Source of the DNA: Bdellovibrionota bacterium
GTDB taxonomy: Bacteria > Bdellovibrionota > UBA1018 > CAIPTA01 > JAALKR01
Reading direction: 5' to 3'
Assembly: GCA_965207455.1 (NCBI GenBank)
Contig: CBDBMJ010000001.1
Location: 322,514 to 386,513, forward strand
DNA: 64,000 nucleotides
In this document: one piece after another, positions 17,570 to 25,949 of the stretch
Position numbering within the stretch: the first letter of the stretch is position 1
How the letters are laid out: each line of letters begins with the position of its first letter
Notes under the pieces: generated by a model
Databases searched by the model: none
Seen by the model: the letters and a program-made list of their open reading frames with translations, nothing else
What the model was told of the DNA's origin: nothing
Program-made: the position numbers and the translations under genes

Positions 17570-19720
17570 ATGAAAAAAAATCTTATACGACTAGGTATGA
17601 TTGCCACGATTGCTGGACTTATTTTGGTCTTTTGGGCCTATGATCTAGGGGAGTATTTGAGTTTTGCCAGCTTAAAGGCAAATCAAGCCCTATTGCAGGA
17701 AAATTATATGGAGAATAAGGGCGTATTTATCGCTCTTTACATGTTGATCTATATTATATCCACTGCAATTTCCTTGCCTGGAGCAACCATTTTAACGCTG
17801 GCTGGCGGTGCTATTTTTGGTCTCACTTTGGGTACAATTTTAATTTCTTTTGCAAGTACTATTGGAGCCACCGGTGCTTTTCTTGTTTCCCGATTCCTAT
17901 TGAAAGAGGCGTTTGAGAAAAAGTTTCGAGATAGGCTTGCTACAATTAATAAAGGAATTGAAAAAGATGGTGCATTCTATCTTTTTACTTTACGTTTAGT
18001 TCCCTTGCTTCCATTTTTTGCCGTTAATATTTTAATGGGCTTAACAAAAATACGAGTCTTTACCTATTTTTTCACAAGTCAAGTGGGAATGCTCTTAGGG
18101 ACGATAGTTTATGTAAATGCGGGAACGCAGCTTGCTCAACTGGAGTCGCTCGGAGGTATTCTTTCTCTACCCCTAATTTTATCTTTTTGTTTACTAGGTA
18201 TATTTCCATGGGTTGCTAAGTTTATTGTGGGAATCGTAAAATCTCGTAAAATATATGCTAAATTTTCAGGAAAAAAGCCAAGAAAATTTCAATATAATAT
18301 GATTGTTATTGGTGCTGGTTCTGCCGGGCTAGTATCTGCTTATATTGCTGCTGCTGTAAAAGCAAAGGTGCTTCTTGTGGAAAGACATAAAATGGGCGGA
18401 GATTGTTTAAATACGGGATGCGTGCCCTCTAAGGCACTTATTCGTTCTGCAAAAATGCTTTCCTATGCTAAGCGAGCCAAAGAGTTTGGCTTTCGTTCCA
18501 CAACCGTGGATTTTAGCTTTTCTGATGTCATGGAACGGGTGCAATCGGTTATTAAAAAAGTGGAGCCACATGACTCCATGGAGCGCTATAGAAGCTTAGG
18601 TGTGGAGTGTACTCAGGGAGAGGCCACGATTAAGGATCCATGGCATGTTGAAGTAGATGGCAAAGTCTATAGCACTAAAAATATTGTGGTTGCTACGGGA
18701 GCTCGTCCTTTGGTTCCAGACTTTCCCGGTTTAAAAAATATCGACTATCTTCATACCGATAATGTTTGGGAATTGAGAGAACTTCCTAAGCGTTTCCTTG
18801 TATTAGGAGGAGGACCCATTGGCAGTGAGCTAGCTCAGTGTTTTCAACGTTTGGGTTCTCAGGTGACGATTGTGGAGGGGCACAACACGGTTTTAAATCG
18901 GGAAGACACCGAGGTTTCCACACTCATTACGGAGAAATTTAGGAAAGAAGGTATCAATGTACTTTCTGGACACATGGCCAAATCCTTTTCTGTGGATAAT
19001 GGGGAAAAATCTCTTTTATGTGCAACAAAAGATGGAAAGGAAACTAGGGTGGTTTTCGACAAAGTGCTCATTGCTTTGGGTCGAAGAGCAAATGTAACCA
19101 GTGTTGGTTTAGAAAATTTAGGTGTGGAAATTACTCCAAGGGGCACCATAGAGGCAGATAGTTTTTTACGAACAAACTTCCCCAATATTTATGTTTGTGG
19201 TGATGTGACAGGACCCTATCAATTTACCCACACGGCAGCCCACCAGGCATGGTTTGTGGCTGTAAACGCCTTATTCAGTCCTTTGAAAAAATTTCCTGTG
19301 GATTATCGAGTGATCCCTTGGTGTACATACACGGACCCTGAGGTGGCCCGTGTGGGTTTAAGTGAGCGGGAAGCTGGAGAGAAAGGGGTTGAGTATGAAG
19401 TTACCCAATACGGTATTGATGACTTAGACCGTGCTATTGCGGATAGTGAGGATCATGGTTTTATAAAAGTTCTCACGGTGCCGGGGAAGGATAAAATTTT
19501 AGGAGTAACTATTGTTGGTTCCCATGCAGGAGACCTTATTGTGGAATTTGTGGCAGCAATGAAACACGGTTTTGGTTTAAATAAGATTTTAGGCACGATT
19601 CATATTTATCCCACGCTTGGGGAGTCCAATAAGTATGTGGCTGGAAATTGGAAAAAAGCCCATTCTCCCAAAAAAGTGTTAGAGTTTTTAGGTAAATTTC
19701 ATGCATGGAGAAGAGGGTAA
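17570..19720 (+). CDS. fusion protein: DedA/TVP38 (SNARE-associated) membrane domain + FAD-dependent pyridine nucleotide-disulfide oxidoreductase (lipoamide dehydrogenase/mercuric reductase-like)
   Basis: The N-terminal ~230 aa are multi-TM (DedA-like). Then come NMIVIGAGSAGLVSAYIAAA (FAD-binding GxGxxG), GGDCLNTGCVPSK (redox-active CxxxxC), a second Rossmann fold VLGGGPIGSELAQ, and C-terminal HIYPTLGE (a His-Glu dimerisation-domain motif). Confidence 0.75.
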   Translation: MKKNLIRLGMIATIAGLILVFWAYDLGEYLSFASLKANQALLQENYMENKGVFIALYMLIYIISTAISLPGATILTLAGGAIFGLTLGTILISFASTIGATGAFLVSRFLLKEAFEKKFRDRLATINKGIEKDGAFYLFTLRLVPLLPFFAVNILMGLTKIRVFTYFFTSQVGMLLGTIVYVNAGTQLAQLESLGGILSLPLILSFCLLGIFPWVAKFIVGIVKSRKIYAKFSGKKPRKFQYNMIVIGAGSAGLVSAYIAAAVKAKVLLVERHKMGGDCLNTGCVPSKALIRSAKMLSYAKRAKEFGFRSTTVDFSFSDVMERVQSVIKKVEPHDSMERYRSLGVECTQGEATIKDPWHVEVDGKVYSTKNIVVATGARPLVPDFPGLKNIDYLHTDNVWELRELPKRFLVLGGGPIGSELAQCFQRLGSQVTIVEGHNTVLNREDTEVSTLITEKFRKEGINVLSGHMAKSFSVDNGEKSLLCATKDGKETRVVFDKVLIALGRRANVTSVGLENLGVEITPRGTIEADSFLRTNFPNIYVCGDVTGPYQFTHTAAHQAWFVAVNALFSPLKKFPVDYRVIPWCTYTDPEVARVGLSEREAGEKGVEYEVTQYGIDDLDRAIADSEDHGFIKVLTVPGKDKILGVTIVGSHAGDLIVEFVAAMKHGFGLNKILGTIHIYPTLGESNKYVAGNWKKAHSPKKVLEFLGKFHAWRRG

Positions 19721-20414
19721 AAATATTTCCAAAGACATAAGTGTGGGTGTTGCCATATTTGTGAAAACTCCTGGCAAGTCCCCCATAAAAACACGGTTAG
19801 CTAAGACGGTTGGTAAGGAGGTAGCTGAGGAGTTTTACCTACATTCCACCGACGTATTATACGAGGTATGCCAGGCTGCTTGTGGCAAGTTTCAGGGGAA
19901 GGCAGATGTGTATTGGTCTATCGCAGAAAAAGAAAGCGATACGTACTGGAAGACGCTTCCTTGTATTTATCAAGGAGAGGGCGACCTCGGAGATCGAATG
20001 CACCAAGTATACCAGTTTTTATGTAAAAAATATTCTCACACGTTTCTATTGGGATCCGACTCTCCACAGATAATGCCAGAAGTATTAATAAAAGCAATAG
20101 CTGCTTTAAAGGATGGTAATGATTTTGTAATAGGGCCAGCCCTAGATGGAGGGTTTTACTTGTTAGGGGGTTCCAAAGCAATACCTCTTAATGTTTGGAA
20201 AAATACGCCTTACAGTGATCCAAACACCATGGACATTTTTGTAAATAATTTAAATCCTTACGGAAAAATATTTTTTACTGGTCCTACCTTTGATGTGGAT
20301 ACAGAGAAAGATATGCACTTACTGCAGCAAACACTTCAGCGTAACAAGAAAAAAGGTCTTTCTTCTCAAAACAAGTTATTGGAGTGGCTTAGATTACTGA
20401 CTATGGATACGTAA
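19701..20414 (+). CDS. DUF2064 / TIGR04282-like nucleotidyltransferase-fold protein (MobA-like)
   Basis: 237 aa. VAIFVKTPGKSPIKTRL, LLGSDSPQI and DGGFYLLG resemble the DUF2064 family, which is typically paired with a small GT2. Overlaps the upstream gene by 20 nt. Confidence 0.5.
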   Translation: MHGEEGKNISKDISVGVAIFVKTPGKSPIKTRLAKTVGKEVAEEFYLHSTDVLYEVCQAACGKFQGKADVYWSIAEKESDTYWKTLPCIYQGEGDLGDRMHQVYQFLCKKYSHTFLLGSDSPQIMPEVLIKAIAALKDGNDFVIGPALDGGFYLLGGSKAIPLNVWKNTPYSDPNTMDIFVNNLNPYGKIFFTGPTFDVDTEKDMHLLQQTLQRNKKKGLSSQNKLLEWLRLLTMDT

Positions 20415-20439
20415 AAATATTTATTATGTAGACATATAT

Positions 20440-20469
20440 TTGACAGGGCGTGATAGGTTTTGTTATTAT
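20440..20469 (+). promoter_or_regulatory. sigma-70-like promoter TTGACA-N18-TATTAT upstream of the sigma-54 activator gene
   Basis: TTGACA at 20440-20445 and TATTAT at 20464-20469. A ~140-nt leader runs to the RBS AGGAGGG and ATG at 20617. Confidence 0.35.
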
Positions 20470-20616
20470 TTTAATGTGAGTTGTTACTGTTCTTTTTTTT
20501 GTTAAATTATATATTGTATATGTTTTAAGCCTTGGAGACTAGGATAGGATCCATGGCATTTAATACGGCAGGTTTTCCTGTCGGATACGGGTATATATAT
20601 CTAGGAGGGATAATGT

Positions 20617-22011
20617 ATGTTAAAAAAATCGGTTTTATTAGTTCATGAAGGCTCGTCTGTACGGTGCGCGCTTTCTAAACTATTAAGACTGAGTAAGTAT
20701 GAGGTTACGGCAGTTTCAACATACAATGAAGCAGTTGATGTTTTTAGAAATAAAAAATATAATCTTATCGTATCTAGTTCATCTCTTTCAGACGGTAACG
20801 GGCTAGAACTGATACAAAAATTGCAAAAAGAAAATAGTAATTTAAGAGCAATTGTTACAATAAATTCGGTAGAAGTTTCAGAGGAAATCAAAGAGAGTGG
20901 AATTTCACACTACACCATTAATCTTTTGAAAAAAGGAGAATTTACTGGCTTAGTAAAAAGTATTTTGAAGGGATGTGAAAAACTTTCTTCAACTGGTCAG
21001 AATGGAAAGAAAAACTCCCCACAAATAAATAAAAATTATTTAAACGGTTTTGTGAGTAAGTCGGATACAATGATGCAAATATTCGATTTAATTAATAAAG
21101 TTGCTGATTCAGATTCTACTGTACTCATATCTGGAGAGTCGGGTACAGGAAAAGATCTTGTGGCAAGAGCGTTACACTATCATTCATCTAGATTTAATAA
21201 AGCTTTTATTCCGGTAAATTGTGCAGCTATTCCAAGAAATCTTTTAGAGAGTGAATTATTTGGCTATGTAAAAGGAGCGTTTACAGGAGCTATTTCCGAT
21301 AGAATAGGAAGATTTCAAGCAGCTGATAAGGGCACATTATTTTTAGATGAAATAGGAGATATGCCTCCAGAGCTGCAAGTTAAGCTGCTTCGATTTTTGC
21401 AAAATAAAGAATTTGAGCCAGTGGGGTCCATAAGCTCCATGTCTTCTGATACTAGAATTATTGCAGCAACTAATATTGATTTAGATCAAGCAGTAGCAAG
21501 CAAATTATTTAGAGAGGATTTATACTATCGATTGAATGTGATACCCATATGTGTGCCACCATTAAGAGAGCGTAAGAATGACATTCCACTGTTAGTTGAA
21601 GAGTTTTTAAAGCAATTTAACAAAGAAAGAAAATATGATGTTTCCATAAACAGCACTGAGTCCATGAATATATTGAAGCAATACTCTTGGCCGGGGAATA
21701 TTCGAGAGTTAGAGAATTTAATTCAACGGCTTGTTATTTTAAAACAATCGGGAGATATTGAGCCAAAAGACTTTCCTAAAAAAATGTTTCTAGATAAATT
21801 TAAAATTAGTAACTCACAAAAATCTTTTATAGATTTTGAATTACCCGAAGAGGGCGTTAATTTTAAGGAATTAGTAAATTCCTTTGAGGATCATCTCCTC
21901 CAGCAAGCACTATCTAGAACCGATGGAAATAAGAACAAAGCAAGTGAGTTGCTTAGATTGAATCGAACCACGCTTGTGGAAAAAGTAAAAAGGCGACAAA
22001 TCAGTAAGTAG
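20617..22011 (+). CDS. sigma-54-dependent transcriptional activator (enhancer-binding protein) with a degenerate receiver domain; FleQ/FlrA-type flagellar master regulator
   Basis: 464 aa. AAA+ region: Walker A ESGTGKDLVARALH, GAFTGA motif (GYVKGAFTGA) and FLDEIGDMP. C-terminal Fis-type HTH (…NKNKASELLRLNRTTLVEKVKRR). The N-terminal REC-like domain has LLVHEGSS where CheY-type receivers have the acidic DD pair, and IVSSSSLSDGNG where the phospho-acceptor Asp would be. Confidence 0.85.
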   Translation: MLKKSVLLVHEGSSVRCALSKLLRLSKYEVTAVSTYNEAVDVFRNKKYNLIVSSSSLSDGNGLELIQKLQKENSNLRAIVTINSVEVSEEIKESGISHYTINLLKKGEFTGLVKSILKGCEKLSSTGQNGKKNSPQINKNYLNGFVSKSDTMMQIFDLINKVADSDSTVLISGESGTGKDLVARALHYHSSRFNKAFIPVNCAAIPRNLLESELFGYVKGAFTGAISDRIGRFQAADKGTLFLDEIGDMPPELQVKLLRFLQNKEFEPVGSISSMSSDTRIIAATNIDLDQAVASKLFREDLYYRLNVIPICVPPLRERKNDIPLLVEEFLKQFNKERKYDVSINSTESMNILKQYSWPGNIRELENLIQRLVILKQSGDIEPKDFPKKMFLDKFKISNSQKSFIDFELPEEGVNFKELVNSFEDHLLQQALSRTDGNKNKASELLRLNRTTLVEKVKRRQISK

Positions 22012-22113
22012 GATTTTTATATAAACGCCACTATTTTGACTGATTTCTTCAATAGTTGTCACTATTTCTAAAAGAATAAACTCTAAGTAATCATTATTAT
22101 TAAAAAAAATAAT

Positions 22114-22129
22114 TGGCACAGTTATTGCT
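22114..22129 (+). promoter_or_regulatory. sigma-54 promoter (-24/-12): TGGCACagttaTTGCT
   Basis: Exact TGGCAC-N5-TTGC consensus, 16 nt upstream of the ATG at 22145, immediately downstream of the sigma-54 activator gene. It heads the TPR-flgB-flgC-fliE… block. Confidence 0.6.
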
Positions 22130-22144
22130 CTATATTGCCGTAGG

Positions 22145-24733
22145 ATGGATAAATTATTATTAATACTATTTTTATGGATGTATATGCCTCTTGAGTTAAG
22201 AGCATCTACTCTCAGTCCAAGCATTAAAACCTTCCCATCTTATACACGGCTAAAGTTTCCAGTGAATGAACGCTCAATTTTTAATGTACTCAAAGATGGC
22301 AAGGGCGATGAAATCTCACTAAAGATTAGCAATTTTAATCCTGATGCTTGGACGAACAATATACCCACATTTTCAGATAAGCGTGTATCTGTAAAAGGAG
22401 TGATGGAAAAAGGAAAAATTCATTTGTCTTTTAATCTTTTATTAAAGAACTCCAAGCACTTTACTTATTTTTATAAAGATCCACCTGTTATTATTGTGGA
22501 TATATGGAATGAGAACATAAAAAATAAAAAAAGAAAGAAAAAAAGAATTGTTCGCACAAAGAGAAAGAAAAAAATAGATAATCCATCAGCTAATTTGCTT
22601 ATTAACAAAGAAGATAGAATTTTATCTTTAAATAAAGACCTGCTTCTGGATCATGATTTTATAGTGCCAAAATTTTCATACATTGACAGAAACATAGATA
22701 CAACCAGAAGGATAGATATAGGCGCTAACTGGAAATGGACAAAAGTAGATGTGTCAAAAAAAGGATCGGTACACTTTTCTCTTGCAAAAAAGCTATTTCG
22801 AAGAAAGAGCTATGCTTTGGCAATAAAATCCACAGATATTTTTGAGAGAGATTGTCCGGAAAGTATTTATAAAAATGAGATTCATTTTTTAAAAGCATTA
22901 GCTTATTTGAAGCTCGGTGAACTAAAGAAAAATCCCAATATTATAAGGGATGGGAATAGGCGATTAAAAGTACTGATGCTGAAAGAATTTAGCGGTAAAG
23001 ATTCTAGTAAGTATAAAAAATTTATTAATGATTTGCGGTTTTACTATGGATTAAATTCTTACTTAATTGGTAATTGGGTAGAGGCTGTCTCTAATTTTGA
23101 GTTTATTAGAAAACTTTACAGCAATAAAAATGAAAAAATACCCCCGGTTTTATTGATGCTGATGGCAGAGTCTTATTTTCAGATGAAGAATTTTCAGAGA
23201 TCTAAAAGAATATATAATAATGTTATAACATTATATAAAAATACTTATTTTGAAAAAGAATCTTTATATAGATTGGCTAATACTTTAGCTGTGGAAGGAA
23301 ATTATAAAAGATCAATTGTTACATTTTTAAGAGCACTACATAAATATCCAGAATATGACAGGAAAAGAACTGAGGCTAATTTTAATTTAGCAGAAGTGTA
23401 TTATCGAACAAGAGATTTTAAAAATTCTAGAAAATTTTATAAGAGCTTTATTCAAAAAAATCCCTCTCACACCATTGCTGGCATTGCTTATATTCGATTA
23501 GGAGAGATAGCTGAACTTTTAAATAAAGATATTCGTTCTGCAGAAAAATATTATAGAAAAACACGCTCTCGATTCCCTTTTTCATTTGGGAGCAAGTTGG
23601 CATTAATACATTTGTCAAGATTGAAGCATAAAGATTCTGTGAATTTTGATTATAGATTAAAAGCTATTCGTAAAATCTATGACTCAAAGAGTACGCCCGG
23701 CGATTTAAGGATGGTGGCACAGATTGAGCTTGTCCATTATCTTATTTATAAGTCTGAGATAAATGAAGCTATCAACTTGGTGGAATTGGGACTGCGCAAT
23801 AATGGTGGAAAGTGGTATGAGAAATTTAAAAGTATTTATTCTTGGGCTTTAAGCAAGAAACTCGATCTACTAATCAATCAAGGAAATTATACGAGTGCTT
23901 TGCAATTATATAATAGTAAGAAGCAATGGATCGATGGAATCGGTCCTGGAAAATATAAGCTTTTAGCCTCCTTGTACGAAGGCCTAAATTTATTTACAAC
24001 AAGCAATGAGTATAGGAAAAAATACCTACAAATTGTTTTAAGCAAATATGGCAAAAATATAAGTGCAGCTAGTAGTGAGAATAAGAGAATTAATTTCATT
24101 AAAGCACAAAGGCTGTTTGCTCAAAATAAATTTAAAAAAGCTATTCGTTTGTTAAAAGGTTCAAGTTATTTTAAATCTCTTCATATTAGAGCCCTTTCTT
24201 ATAAGAAATTAAATAATAGGTTTAAAGCAAAATCTGAGGCAAAAAAAGGAATTAAATTATATGTAGATAATAAAAAACAAATTTCTGCAAAGGATTTTAG
24301 AAATGGAATTATAGATTTTACTGAAATCTTGTATAATGACGCAGAGGAAAATTTAAACTATAAAAAAATGCATGATTTATTGGAAAAAGCGAATAATGAG
24401 CTGCCAGTAAAATATGAACGATTTTCTTTTTTGAAAGCAGATACTTTTTGGTATCAAGAAAATCATGCTGAGGCAATTAAATCATATCAAGAAGCTATTA
24501 AGAAATATCCTAAAAGTGAACGATTAAATAGAACTAATTATAGATTAGCGATTAGTTATATATCTATTGGAAATGAAGAAATGGCTACTAAAATTTTGAA
24601 AAAACTTAAGGATAGCTCTAATGATGTCTGGAGTGAATCTGCTGAGCAAGAATTGGCACTAATGGGTTGGGAGAAGAAATATTCTTCCATTTTAAGAGCA
24701 GCACCTCCAGTTGGAATTGGTATTAATTTTTAG
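22145..24733 (+). CDS. TPR-repeat protein with N-terminal signal/anchor and a Lys/Arg-rich segment; first gene of the flgB operon
   Basis: 862 aa. Multiple TPR-like units (…AESYFQMKNFQRSKRIYNNVITLY…, …LAEVYYRTRDFKNSRKFYKSFIQKNPSH…) and the basic stretch KNKKRKKKRIVRTKRKKK. A 12-nt gap separates it from flgB. Confidence 0.55.
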   Translation: MDKLLLILFLWMYMPLELRASTLSPSIKTFPSYTRLKFPVNERSIFNVLKDGKGDEISLKISNFNPDAWTNNIPTFSDKRVSVKGVMEKGKIHLSFNLLLKNSKHFTYFYKDPPVIIVDIWNENIKNKKRKKKRIVRTKRKKKIDNPSANLLINKEDRILSLNKDLLLDHDFIVPKFSYIDRNIDTTRRIDIGANWKWTKVDVSKKGSVHFSLAKKLFRRKSYALAIKSTDIFERDCPESIYKNEIHFLKALAYLKLGELKKNPNIIRDGNRRLKVLMLKEFSGKDSSKYKKFINDLRFYYGLNSYLIGNWVEAVSNFEFIRKLYSNKNEKIPPVLLMLMAESYFQMKNFQRSKRIYNNVITLYKNTYFEKESLYRLANTLAVEGNYKRSIVTFLRALHKYPEYDRKRTEANFNLAEVYYRTRDFKNSRKFYKSFIQKNPSHTIAGIAYIRLGEIAELLNKDIRSAEKYYRKTRSRFPFSFGSKLALIHLSRLKHKDSVNFDYRLKAIRKIYDSKSTPGDLRMVAQIELVHYLIYKSEINEAINLVELGLRNNGGKWYEKFKSIYSWALSKKLDLLINQGNYTSALQLYNSKKQWIDGIGPGKYKLLASLYEGLNLFTTSNEYRKKYLQIVLSKYGKNISAASSENKRINFIKAQRLFAQNKFKKAIRLLKGSSYFKSLHIRALSYKKLNNRFKAKSEAKKGIKLYVDNKKQISAKDFRNGIIDFTEILYNDAEENLNYKKMHDLLEKANNELPVKYERFSFLKADTFWYQENHAEAIKSYQEAIKKYPKSERLNRTNYRLAISYISIGNEEMATKILKKLKDSSNDVWSESAEQELALMGWEKKYSSILRAAPPVGIGINF

Positions 24734-24745
24734 GAGTAAAGAGAT

Positions 24746-25156
24746 ATGATGAATAAATTATTAGGGTCAACAATAAAAGCACTTGCTAATAGCTTGGATC
24801 TTCGATCACAGAAGCAAAATATTATTTCAAGTAATATTGCAAATTCAGAGACCCCTGGATATAAAGCGAAACGCTTAGATTTTGAGCAAGAATTGTCTAG
24901 AGTGATTGAATCGGGTGGTGTGAATTTATCTAAAACTCATGCTCGTCATATTAATTTGAATGGAGAGTTTGGAAGTATTCAAGCAGATATTTATAACAAC
25001 CCAAATGATGTTGTACGAGAAGATGGGAACACAGTAGATCGAGATGCGGAATTGGTGGCCTTAAAAGAAAACCAGCTTTTGTATACAGCAGCAGTAGAAA
25101 TGCTTAAAAGAAAATTAGCTTTAGTAAAATATTCTATAAACGAAGGAGGTAGATAA
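24746..25156 (+). CDS. flgB: flagellar basal-body rod protein FlgB
   Basis: 136 aa. …SSNIANSETPGYKAKRLDFE… rod-family N-terminus. RBS AGGAG. Position before flgC. Confidence 0.85.
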   Translation: MMNKLLGSTIKALANSLDLRSQKQNIISSNIANSETPGYKAKRLDFEQELSRVIESGGVNLSKTHARHINLNGEFGSIQADIYNNPNDVVREDGNTVDRDAELVALKENQLLYTAAVEMLKRKLALVKYSINEGGR

Positions 25157-25587
25157 TGGATTTTCTTTCATCTATGCGAGTAAGTGCGAGTGCTTTAAAT
25201 GCTCACCAAATTAGAATGAATAGTATTTCTTCTAATATTGCAAATGCGGAAACCACATCCCCAGAAGGGCCATATCGGAGGAAAGATCCCATATTTCAAT
25301 CTGTGGTGGATCGAAGTCATTTTGGTGAGATATTACAAAACCAAATGGATAGGCATGTGCAAGGTGTAATGGTAAAGGAAATAAGAGAGGATAGTAGTCC
25401 TCCAAAATTAATATATAATCCCACCCATCCCCATGCACGATCAGATGGCTATGTGGAGATGCCTAATGTGAATATAGTAAAAGAAATGGCTAATATGATT
25501 AATGCCTCTCGATCATATGAAGCAAATATTGCTGCAATGAATGCAGCTAAAGATATGGCAATTAAAGCATTGGATATTGGAAAATAG
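25156..25587 (+). CDS. flgC: flagellar basal-body rod protein FlgC
   Basis: 143 aa. MDFLSSMRVSASALNAHQIRMNSISSNIANAETT is a canonical FlgC N-terminus. Confidence 0.85.
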   Translation: MDFLSSMRVSASALNAHQIRMNSISSNIANAETTSPEGPYRRKDPIFQSVVDRSHFGEILQNQMDRHVQGVMVKEIREDSSPPKLIYNPTHPHARSDGYVEMPNVNIVKEMANMINASRSYEANIAAMNAAKDMAIKALDIGK

Positions 25588-25599
25588 GAGTAATTATAT

Positions 25600-25932
25600 A
25601 TGGTGAACTTTAATAGTATAGAATTAATCAGTAGCAATCCTAGTTTAGGGAATTCTAGTGTAGAAAATAAAAAAATATCACTGGAAAATACAGTTGAAAA
25701 TAAAAATGTATCTAGCACATTTTCTGACTTGTTGTTTGATAAAATAGCAGAATCTAATCAGAGCATTAAGACTTCAGAGGAATCTATCAAAGGATTACTG
25801 GTTGGTAAAGAAAAGAATCTTCATGGAACAATACTTTCTATTGAGAAAGCAGATATTTCTTTTCGATTTTTAATGCAAGTTAGAAATAAAATGTTAGATG
25901 CATATAAAGAAATAATGAGGATGCAAATTTAA
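25600..25932 (+). CDS. fliE: flagellar hook-basal body protein FliE
   Basis: 110 aa. C-terminal …LMQVRNKMLDAYKEIMRMQI matches the FliE signature. Position between flgC and fliF. Confidence 0.75.
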   Translation: MVNFNSIELISSNPSLGNSSVENKKISLENTVENKNVSSTFSDLLFDKIAESNQSIKTSEESIKGLLVGKEKNLHGTILSIEKADISFRFLMQVRNKMLDAYKEIMRMQI

Positions 25933-25949
25933 TTGAAGGGGAAAAATAA

